From the NCBI GenBank assembly GCA_951406725.2, contig OX597819.1, positions 310,001 to 374,000 of the forward strand: a DNA stretch of 64,000 nucleotides, given 5' to 3'. Source of the stretch: Octopus vulgaris. Lineage: Eukaryota. The stretch's first letter is position 1. Every line of letters starts with the position of its first letter. Shown here piece after piece: positions 1-10,614 of the stretch. The notes below the pieces were generated by a model. The model was not told where the DNA came from. It worked only from the letters and a program-made list of their open reading frames with translations, and did no database searches. The position numbers and the translations under genes were made by a program.

Positions 1-984
1 GGTAATGACTAGTGACCGAAACCTTTGGTAATATGCTGTGCCTGAGAAGACCCATCAAGCTAAGTGAAATCATGATCGATGCCAGGGTCACGTAATTAGC
101 ACCCATGCTGGTGGCGCGTAAAAAGCACTTTTTGAGCACAGAGCCTCATGGAGGCAATCTGTTTGATGCTAGTGTCATATAACTAGCACCTGTGCCAGTG
201 GTATGTAAAAGTACCCATTACATTCTTGGAGTGGTTGGTGCTAGGAAGGGTGTCTAGCCATAGAAACCATGCCAAATCAGACTGGAGTCTGGTGCAGCCC
301 CTCAGCTTACCAGCCCTAGTCAAACTGTCCAACCCATGACAGCATGGACAACGGACGTTAAATGATGATGATGATGATATGTATAAATATATATATATAT
401 ATATATCAAATAACAAAGGCAGCTATACACAATATAAAACCAAAAAGGAAAATTGTCGCAAATTGTGGCCGAGGGTGCCGAGTAGCATATATATTGCTAG
501 AAATACAAGCTAAAACCCTTAGAGCCACAAGAAAGCACATATACTGACAGAGGAGATAACCACCACACAGCAAGCGCGATCATTATACTAGTCTACTTTT
601 GCTTGAAAATCATAAGCTCAAGTGACAAATTCACCACTGGATGGTTTTACTAAATCCTGACTGTCAGCATATATATACATATTTACTATATGAATCTATG
701 GCTGATTCAGCAAAATGCAAATGTGAAAATTATAAAATAGCGAAGGCAGCTATATGCAATATAAAACCAAAGAGGACAAATTCAGTTGTCACTAATTGTG
801 ACTGAGTGGAGGGAGAGAGATACACACACACATAAATATATATATCTATATACATACTTACAAACATACATACACACACACAAGCACACACATATATAGT
901 TGAAATTTACAGAAAAACAAAAGAAGACAAGTGTATAAACAACAAGCCGGTGTATTAGTTTAATGCTCGGGAAGGTGAGAACAC

Positions 985-1020
985 CTTTTACATTTCGAGC
1001 CTGTGCTCTTCAACAGAAAG
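985..1020 (-). ncRNA. Variant minimal hammerhead-like motif
   Basis: cttt CTGTTGA A GAGC aca(g) GCTC GAAA TG TA aaag; stems I and II pair, but the core reads CUGUUGA rather than CUGANGA. Confidence 0.5.
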
Positions 1021-1119
1021 GAATAAGAGGAAATAAACAGAGAGAGAATAAAAAAAAATCTTATGGATTTAGTGGTCAGTAATATATATACACGCACGCA
1101 CGCACTCACACACACACTC

Positions 1120-1533
1120 TTTACTCTTTCTCTCTTTTACTTGTTTCAGTCATTTGACTGCGGCCATGCTGGAGCACCACCTTTAGTCGAGCAAATTGAA
1201 CCCGGGACTTATTCTTTGTAAGCCCAGTACTTATTCTATCGGTCTCTTTTGCCGAACCACTAAGTGACAGGGACGTAAACACACCAGCATCGGTTGTCAA
1301 GCAATGCTAGAGAGACAAACACAAACATATACACACACATACACATATATATATATATATATACATATATACGACAGGCTTCTTTCAGTTTCCGTCTACC
1401 AAATCCACTCACAAGGCTTTGGTCGGCCCAAGGCTATAGCAGAAGACACTTGCCCAAGATGCCACACAGTGGGACTGAACCCGGAACCATGTGGTTGGTT
1501 AGCAAGCTACTTACCACATAGGCACTCCTGCGC
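1120..1533 (-). mobile_element. tRNA-derived SINE (young copy)
   Basis: Head ggagtgcctatgtggtaagtagcttg...gggttcagtccc (A/B boxes) with a central (TA)/(TG) tract; near reverse complement of 19407-19799. Confidence 0.85.
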
Positions 1534-2436
1534 CTATACTTATAAATTTGACATGGCCGATTCTTTCTTGCCTTGGAATTCAGTCAAATGGCTGGGTGGA
1601 ATTATGCGAAAAGTTACACAGGTGTGTAGAATGATCCAGTGGTGTTGCTGGGCTTTGTATTTTTTCCATAGCTCCCATGGTTACCGAGATAATCTACTAT
1701 AATAATACTCTTGTGTTTATGAATGAGAAAGGAAAGGGTGATGGATGAATAAGGAAGAAAGGGATGATGTCATACTTGGTAGCTGGATGATGAAAATTGT
1801 ACGCTGAAAAAATAAATCAAAAAGCTTTTCAACTCTATGCATGTACACAGGGGTGGGTATGTGAATGTGTGCGCGCGTGCACAATGGAAGTGGTATGGTT
1901 CATCTTTGCTTGCTTAGTTTTGGGGTTTATTTTTTTATTTTGTTGAATCTTGGTTGTTTTTCTGTTTGTTGGTCAGTTATTTTTTAGCATTTTTATAGAA
2001 AAAAGTAATTCTAAAATTGTTTTTTAATTTGTGTCCAAACAAGTTGAATGCTTACACAGAGCAGGCTTTACAGCCACATCATCAAAACTGACCAGGTGAA
2101 AGCGGGTTTAGCTGCTAGTATATACATGTATATGTATATGTATATATATATACATATATAAATATATATACATCATCATCATCGTTTAACATCTGCTTTC
2201 CATGCTAGCATGGGCTGGATGGTTTGACTGAGGAATAGCAAGCCAGAAGGCTGAACAAAGCTCCAGTTTGATCTGGCAAGGTTTCTACAGCTGGATGCTC
2301 TTCATAACACCAACTATTCTGAGAGTATAGTGGGTGCTTCTTACATGCCACTGGCATGAGGGCCAGTCAGGCGGCACTAGCAACGATCTTGCTTGGATGG
2401 TGCTTTTTATGTGCCACCTGCACAGACCAGTATATA

Positions 2437-4275
2437 TCATCATCATCATCATCATCATCATCGTTTAACGTCCGTTCTCCATGCTAGCATGGGTTTGACG
2501 GTTTGACCAGGGATCTGGGAAGCCAGAAGGCTGCACCAGGCTCCAGTCTTATCTGGCAATGTTTCTACAGCTGGATTCCCTTCCTAATGCCAACCACTCC
2601 GTGAGTGTAGTGGGTGCTTTTTACGTGCCACCTGCACAGGTGCCAGGCGAGGCTGGCAACGGCCACGGTCGGATTGGTGTATTTTACGTGCCACCGGCAC
2701 GGAAGCCAGTCGAGGCGGCGCTGGCATCGGCCACGAGTCGGATAGTGCTTTTTACGTACCACCAGACCAGGTTCAATTCGATTTCGATTTCGCTTGCCCC
2801 AACATGTCTTCGCAAGCAAAGGGGGTTGGCATGGGTGCCTGTCGTCGGATGAGGTTCTATATCGACTTCGCTTGCCTCAACAGGTCTTTGTGTCCAAGGG
2901 AGGAAAGGCATGCATAAGTGGGCTGGGCTCACTTGTCCTGCCTGGTCTTCTCACGTACAGCATATTTCCAAAGGTCATTTCCTCAGTGAGGCCTAAAGTT
3001 TGAAGGTCGTGCTTCACCACCTCGTCCCAGGTTTTCCTGGGTCTACCTCTTCCACGGGTTCCCTCAACTGCTAGGGATTGGCACTTTCTCACACACCTAT
3101 CTTCATCCATTCTCGCCACATGACCATATCAGCGCAATCGTCTCTCTTGCACACCACAACTAATGCTTCTTAGGTACAACATTTCTCTCAAGGTACTAAC
3201 GCTTTGTCGAGTATGTACACTGCACTGACATTACACATCCATCGGAGCATACTGGCTTCATTCCTCACGAGCTTACGCATGTCCTCAGCAGTCACGGCTC
3301 ATGTTTCACTGCCATGTAGCATGGCTGTTCGTACACATGCATCATACAGTCTGCCTTTTACTCTGAGCGAGAGGCCTTTAGTCACCAGCAGAGATAAGAG
3401 CTCCCTAAACTTTGCCCAGGCTATTCTTATTCTAGCAGTTACACTTTCAGCGCACCCACCCCCACTACTGACTTCTAGTTTTTCCCCCTGGATAGTGACG
3501 GAAGTTGTTTTCTGCAGATTTTCGGGGGTCAATGCTCCCGAGCATCTGCCACATACAAAAACTATCTTCCCAGTTAGCCTACCTTTGAGATTGCTGCACC
3601 TCTTATGTGTCCATAGCTTACACTGGGTACATCTTATAGAGTTTCTACCTACACCTTTTCTACAGATCGAGCAGGGCCATCTTCCTGAAGACATTTGTGG
3701 ATTGTCTACCTTCCTACTTATTAGTACTTTGGTTTTAGCTAGGCCTCTAAGGCCCCTCGATTCTAAACCCTCCTTCCACACCTGGAACTTCTCCTCCAGT
3801 TCTGATAGTGACTCAGCAATTAGAGCAAGGTCGTCAGCATAGAGGAGCTCCCAGGGGCAACCTGTCTTGAATTCCTCCGTAATTGCCTGGAGGACTATGA
3901 TAAATAGGAGGGGGCTGAGTACTGAACCCTGGTGGACCCCAACCTCTACTTTGAATTCTTCTGTGTACATGTTGCCAACCCTAACCTTACTTACGGCATC
4001 TCTGTACATGGCTTGCACAGCCCTCACCAGCCATTCATCTATCCCTAGTTTCCTCATTGACCACCAGATGAGGGATCGGGGGACCCTATCAAAGGCTTTC
4101 TCCATGTTAACGAAAGCCAGGTACAGGGGCTTATCTTTGGCTAGGTATTTCTCCTGCAGCTGCCTTACCAGGAATATAGCATCGGTGGTACTTTTCCCTG
4201 GCACGAACCCAAACTGCATCTCATCTAAACTAACTCTCTCTCTCTCTAATTAGTTGGGCTATGACCCTCTCCGTA
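2437..4275 (-). mobile_element. Second, shorter and disrupted copy of the same RTE family
   Basis: ORFs 3299-4219 and 2877-3119 are nearly identical in protein to the 41581-44334 ORF; (GAT)n tail; small deletions and frameshifts. Confidence 0.93.
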
Positions 4276-4624
4276 TATATATGCATACGTGCACACACAC
4301 ACATACACAGTCAGATGGATGGATATTCATACTCATATACAATGGGCTTATATACAGTCTCCTCCATCAAGTAAATTTCAATCCTAGGGCAGTGGTCAAC
4401 CTGAAGTACATTACAATAGTTATGGTGTAAATATGGTAGATTAATGACCTCTTGAGCAGGAGTTCAAGTATTTTTGCATTCATTGTGTAAATGTTCTTCA
4501 ACATTGATTATATTTGCTTCCATCTATCCATCAACTACAAAATAAGCCTGATCACTTCTTTTTCGTGAGGGAGTGTTTAACAACAAGGATGCCTAGCTGT
4601 AAAAACTGATGCTCCAAGAAGGTA

Positions 4625-5502
4625 TGAGATGCATTCCAGAAGTTTTGAAACATCTTTTTTGGAAAATCAGTTATAATTGTTCTAAATTTGTGTAATTTTA
4701 ATATGTTATTACAATACATCTAATAAGCTGTTCTTTCAACTTTTGTTATTCTAGATTGAAGAAAATGGCTGTAATAGCATTTTGAACGCACCCAACAAAA
4801 CACTGCTTGTCACAGCTGACTAATTTGCAAAATGTTGTTGGTATGTGAACGCAATTTAGAAGCTCGTTATGCTGTAAAGTTTTGTGTTAAACTGTACAAA
4901 AATGCCACAAACTCTTATGAAATGCCCTAGATTGCTTATGGATTAACTTGTATGAATTGTGCCTGATTTTTGCAGGTAGAAAAGAACCAGGTAAAGTAAG
5001 TCCACTGGGAAGCTCAAAATGCTCCTCTTTTTCAGCAGTGAGGGCATCATCTATATCCACTGCATTCTCTCTGGCCAGATGGTCAACTAAAAGTACTTTG
5101 TGAAGATCTTCAGTGAGTGCAGGAAGAGATTTTGTCGCAAATGACCAGAGCTCTTCGACTTGGATTGATGGCACCTGCACCAGGACAATGCACCAATTCA
5201 CAACTCCATCCTGGTAATCAACTGCTTGACAGAGATGAGCATCAGAACTGTCCCTTACTCACCCAAGAGACCAAACCTTGCCCCCCAGAGACTTTTGGCT
5301 GTTCTCCAAGTTAAAAGAGAATTTCAGGGGTACTCATTTTGGAGACATTGAGAAGATGAAGGAGGCTATGGACATCTTCACTTAGAAGGACTTCCATGGG
5401 GCCTTTACTAAGTGGCCAGAATTTTACAATTGCATTGAAGTTAAGGGATCCTACTATCAGTTTACTACTGAAAAAGTCTCAAAACTTCTGGAATGCATCT
5501 TG
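4625..5502 (+). mobile_element. Internally deleted mariner transposon
   Basis: ~27-bp TIRs (tgagatgcattccagaagttttgaaac / gtctcaaaacttctggaatgcatcttg) flanked by TA; transposase remnants WHLHQDNAPIH and LAP.DFWLFSKLKE. Confidence 0.88.
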
Positions 5503-6259
5503 TATAATGCAAGTGTCCAAATTTCCAAACACTGTCCCTTTCCCATGCATATCTGATTTTCATTTATTTAATTTTATGATACTGAATCATTAAGAAAAGA
5601 AAAACAATTCCCATAACCCCTTTTTAGGGTCACTGAGACTGCTAGGGAAAAGAAAAGAAGTTAACCTCAGACTGGGGATCTGATCTGAATACTTGCAACA
5701 GAGTGTACTCTGCTAAAGACATATATCCCAGGACCAGCTGGGAGTGTACAACTCAGTGGCAACGAAGTGGACTCAGCAAAAGATATCCAAGGACCAGTTG
5801 AAGGTTTTAAACTGAGTGATAACAGAATGAATAACACTAGATATGCTTTCTGAGCCAGATGGTGGTGTTAAACTGGGTGAGAGATTAAATTTACCATCCA
5901 AGAAAACGGATGTAAAATAAATAGAAAATAGCTGAGTTTCATAAAATAATTTGACCAAAACTATTATTGTTTTTCAGAAAGATCAAATTTACATACATAA
6001 CAAAACTAAATATAAAAATATATAAATGTATTTCTCTGTTTTTATGCATGCAGTAATTCAAATACAAATATATTTTTAATTTTTTCAATTCATAAACTTA
6101 TAACCATTGTTCAAGATGTGATTTTTACACAAGACACTGCTACAGTGCAGAAATGTATGATATATCTGATGAAAATAAAATGTCATGAGATATTCTTTGT
6201 TCTGGTGAGAACATTAGTGTGAACATATTGTTTTTTTCCCTGCTTTCTGTTTATTTTAC

Positions 6260-7101
6260 TCAACTTTTCCATTTCTTAAGTACATCTAAAAAGCTATAGA
6301 AAGCTTTCATTTTTTCCTCATGCATTTTACGCATTTCCAGGCGGTCTTCTTCTTGTTGGCGTTTTTCTTCTTCTTTGTTTGCTTTAAGCCAGTTCAAAAT
6401 GTCCATAGTACTGCATTCTGAAGAACGCGGTCGTTTTGGCTTAAAGCGTCGAACCTTTTCTGTGGAACTCTCAAGAATTTCAGTTGCAGAGTTAGATGAT
6501 GTACTAGCCAAACTAATTGAAATCACATTTGATTGTCCAAGAATCTCTGAGATTTCATCATAGAAGCTACACTTTCGTTTTAATCCTGAGTTTCTATTAT
6601 ATTCTTCAACTTTTTTGAAAGAGAGTTTTAGTGATTTCCATTTGTTTTCACATTGACGAGCACTAATTTCAAACCCATACTCAAGCATTTTTTTAGAAAT
6701 TTCTTCCCAAAGATTCTTTTTTTTAATGTTAGGTTGCAAAAAAAGTTCATGATAATGCTTATAAAGTTCTATGAAGAGCCTTGTTGACTGTTCATTCCAT
6801 TGGTATGCATCTTTCTTGAAATCAGCTATATTGATGCCATTCTTTGATGTGAAAGAAGATTCTTCTGGAAGTTGGACAGACTCTGAAGCTATTGGGGTGC
6901 TGCCATTAGTTGTACTTCCAATACTAACTGTCGAAGGTGGATTAGACCAGACTGGAGGAAGAGGTAAAGCAGGAGAGGCAACATCTATTGGTGATGCAGA
7001 AGCTACTGAAATAGCTGGTTGGGTAACAGATGTTACAACAGGCACATCAGAGTTAATATCCTTTGCAGAATTCTTTATTGCTTTGACATCCTTTCCTCCA
7101 T
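6260..7101 (-). CDS. Terminal exon: Myb/SANT-like DNA-binding domain (Myb_DNA-bind_4/trihelix type) + coiled coil
   Basis: Acceptor ctttttcAG at 7103-7102; W(NEQSTRLFIELY)...LWEEISKKM...ARQCENKWKSLK...FYDEISEILG pattern; basic KVRRFKPKRPR; EEEKRQQEEDRLEMRKMHEEKM tail; 280 uninterrupted codons. Confidence 0.85.
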
Positions 7102-10100
7102 CTGAAAAAGTCAGCAAAATAATGCAACAATTATAGAAGACATTTTGTAAATCATCTGGCAATTTAGACAACTTCTAAATATTCCCAAAACCAACAATTT
7201 TTTTTCCCTAATTGTTTTCTGGAAAAACAGGTAATGTATCATCCAATTCTAAATAAATTTTTGGTGCTCAACAGTGGGTCCTTCATAGGGGTAGCCAGCA
7301 GCATCATAGGCCCCAGGGGAAATCAATGCACTGAGCCCAATAGTATTAATTTGACAGCAAAACAGAGCAAGACATGGATTAGATTTGAGTTCCTAAACCT
7401 ATGAAGCATCCAGGCAACTACCAAGTGTGCCTTAAGACAGTACTGGGGGCAGCTCAAAAGGGAGCTGCTATGTTGCTGCTCAAATAAAGAACACATTAGA
7501 TGGTGTTGTGTAAGATACTAGTAAAAATAGCAACAATAACTTTCCATGTACTAAAGTAATAATATTTGAATTTAGAGAAGCAAAAATGTTTAAATTATTG
7601 GTACCTATTTTTTGAGTGAATGCCATTACAAGACAAGATATAAATGTATATATGTGTTGGTCTTTCTGTTTCCATCTACCAAATCCACTCACAAGGCTTT
7701 AGTTGTCTTGGGCTACAGTAGAAGATACCTGCCCAAGATCAAGCAAGCTGCTTGATTACATGACCATACCTGCACTTGACAGCTGTGTCTGCATGCCTCA
7801 CAGTCATACCTGCATCTCACTGCCACATATGTGTACAGTCATACACACACATATATAAAAACACATATGCATATATACGGGCCCACACCCACACATACAT
7901 GTGTGCATGTGGGTGTCTGTAGGTGTGTTCTGTGTGTCTTTCTTTTACATTGTGCAATAAAAGTTTTCAAAATGTAGTATCTATGGTCAATACTAAAGAC
8001 AGAAAAGCAATATAGGTCTGGAATTACTTCCATAAAAGAATCTCTTCCCATGACATACACTTTCATCAATCAAAGTAATCAGAAGGAAGGGAGTGAAATG
8101 GTTGACCATATAAAAGGAAGGGCACACAACAATAATTACATGGTGCTGACATTTGCAAAAAATTACCCAAACTCTACACCATGTGGTCGACAGGTTAAGA
8201 AGGACCTCTCAGATTCCTGAAGGTGCACGATTCTCTCTCATGACAGCAGTAAACTGAGCATCTGGCCAAAGAAGGTACTGCTGGTGGTCCAGCTAGCAGG
8301 AGATAGCAAAGATCCAGAAAAGATATATATTAAACTACACCAACATCTATCCATCCACTTTTTCCTCCCAATTTTCCTGGACGCCTCACATCATACCCTA
8401 TCAGAAGCAACCCTCATTACATTTCATGGCCAGATTCCCAAGTGTGACCAACTGAGATTATGGACATTACCCAACCAACTCACTCATGGGTCCGCCCCTA
8501 TGTCTTGTGCCAACTGGCAGAATTTAAAGAATCTCTCTTGTGATTCCTTCCTATGACATTCGATTCACATGCTGGTAGTACAAGAGCTGTTGCATCTCAA
8601 CATCTCGACTCAAAATTAAGAGAATTATTAATCAATCAAGAAATAAAATGAACACAATGTTGAACATAGTATCTTAAATGAATAAATATTACTATAAATA
8701 TTACTATAATTACATGGGTAAATTCCTTACATCCTTCATTTGCTGAATGCCATCGTTCATCAGATTCTAACAGAACAAATACTGTATCATTAGGAAGAAG
8801 AGCAAAATAATCTTCATCATCTACATCAGTTCCATCAGCTTCCAAAACTAATCGAATATCTGTCCCAGTGGTTAACCCAAGTTTAAGTTTTCCTACAATA
8901 AAAGAGATCAATAAATAATATTAATTTTATCCTTAAGTAGAAGGCCAAAATTGTTAATGAATGCAAGAAGTATAAATGAAATGGAGTACAGCATATTACC
9001 GGGATTTCTCAACCACAAAGTCAAACTTTGAAAGAATGAAAATGAAATGTAAGAATAAGAGTAAATACTGCATGTTCTACAATTTTTGCAGTCACTTTCT
9101 TCATTCTGTGTTGTATCAACATTGTCATTTAGTTTATGGGATTTGATATATTTCAAAATGAAATCATATTCTTTGTCATGAGCTTCAGTGATGCTTCAAC
9201 AGGTTGCTGCTGTTGTTTAACCACAAAATCGATCAGAATTAGGATCAAAGGCTTTCCAATCAATAACATCTCTTTTTTTTCAGAAACTATATATATATGT
9301 ACACATTATCCAACATGTCCTTCACTTTTGGTTTTTAATGATAACATGTGATAAGAGGGGCATTTTGTTGTCATTTCTAGTAGGTGAACTAAATACTTAG
9401 AGGTTCCTTCATTGTTTTAATTGTGATCTATGCTGGCATAAGTTGGACTGTCTAGGAAGAGAATTTTCTGTCAGGACTATTTCCTTAGCAGAAAGTCTTC
9501 TCCATGTCCAAATGCATTCAAATGTATTAAATATAATTTTACACAAAAATATTTTATCCAATGCTGCTTAGTGTGACATTATTTATCTAATTTTAGTCTC
9601 ACCAAGCTTTACACACTTCAACAAATGTACCATATATGGTTTTGATAAGAATGATTTTTTACTGATTGAGCTGTGAATGACAGATTTGGCATTCATAGCT
9701 GAGAAAGTGGAATGACATAAACACATGTGTCCTATCAACCAATGACGCCATTCACTGTGCAGGAGGAGAATTTCTTCTTGTGTCTGTTTCCACAACAACA
9801 GATTTTCTTATATCCAAATGTACCGTAATATGTTAAATATGACTTCACACAAATGTCTTTACATGTATTTTGATACGATAACCATTGATTGTATTTTGAA
9901 GATTTCTTCAATATCTTTGGCTTTTATGGTTATCTTTCTTTTTGTTAACCAATATGACAGGGTCAATAGATTATATCTATATTTATCATGCAGCATCACC
10001 AAGGCTAGGTCTTAGCAAGACCCGGGTCCATCTTCACACAATATCAATATTGTTTCAAGAAATAATGTTTGTTGTACTTTCATTTTGTTCAAAGGTTTGG

Positions 10101-10582
10101 TGTGAAGAAAGGGGACTGTGTCCATGGTCCTCATAAATTTTGCAAGAAGTTGAAGTTTACATGACTGATATTCTTGATCAACTCATAGTTTGTGGTTGCA
10201 GGAATAAATTAACAAGAACAAAATTTTATTCTGAGGAAGAAGGACAAGTTTATGTAAATATTTAGCAAAGGAATTAATAAGAACCAATCTAAGATATTTT
10301 TTTAAAATTTGTGTTATAAATACAATAAAATCAGCTACTCTTATGTTTTCTAAGTTTGCAATTTTAACAATTAGAAATATGTAGTTATGTATTTTCACCT
10401 CAGATCTTGCTTAATTATTGATTTTATATTGTAATAAATTACTGAATACAAAACAATTACAAAAATATTTTACCCTTTAAAACTAAATCTTGCAGATTAC
10501 TTGCTACAACAGGTTTTTTCGTAGTTCTTTCGCTGTTCCATATTTTAAAGGCCTTGGCATTTTGGTTAGGAGTTTGGCTCAT
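6260..10582 (-). CDS. Spliced gene, 370 aa: CIDE-N domain (DFFA/ICAD-like) + Ser/Pro/Thr-rich linker + Myb/SANT-like (trihelix) DNA-binding domain + C-terminal coiled coil. Coding exons 10582-10474, 8892-8731, 7101-6260
   Basis: Exons of 109+162+842 = 1113 nt join in frame across two phase-1 GT-AG introns. An in-frame TGA lies upstream of the ATG. Translation MSQTPNQNAKAFKIWNSERTTKKPVVASNLQDLVLKG|KLKLGLTTGTDIRLVLEADGTDVDDEDYFALLPNDTVFVLLESDERW is a typical CIDE-N domain. AATAAA at 6250-6255 (minus) just after the stop. Confidence 0.85.
8731..8892 (-). CDS. Second coding exon of the CIDE-N gene (162 nt)
   Basis: Acceptor tttattgtAG, donor T|GTAAGG; LVLEADGTDVDDEDYFALLPNDTVFVLL is the CIDE-N signature (LVL..DGT.VD.E.YF..L..NT). 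Confidence 0.9.
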
Positions 10583-10614
10583 GTTTGAAGTAAAACACCT
10601 ACATCAAGCAACCT
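10474..10614 (-). CDS. First coding exon of the CIDE-N gene (32 nt of 5'UTR, ATG at 10582)
   Basis: Acceptor tttcAG at 10616-10615; donor G|GTAAAA at 10473; encodes FKIW..R..KK.VVAS.L..L..K, the CIDE-N N-terminal half. Not in the ORF track (too short). The acceptor implies a further upstream non-coding exon. Confidence 0.85.

Noticed and set aside
460-530. Hairpin with tagca/tgcta-GAAA as another hammerhead
   Set aside because: The CUGANGA box is missing.
3204-4253. Plus-strand ORFs opposite the RTE (also 42188-44229 and 27383-29443)
   Set aside because: Antisense shadows of LINE ORFs.
5773-5958. Minus-strand ORF as a downstream DFF-C exon
   Set aside because: No AG acceptor at the expected place and no DFF-C similarity.
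6260-7171. ORF-track 303-aa ORF as a standalone single-exon gene
   Set aside because: It starts at a non-ATG codon in intron-like sequence; the acceptor at 7102 joins in phase to the CIDE-N exon.
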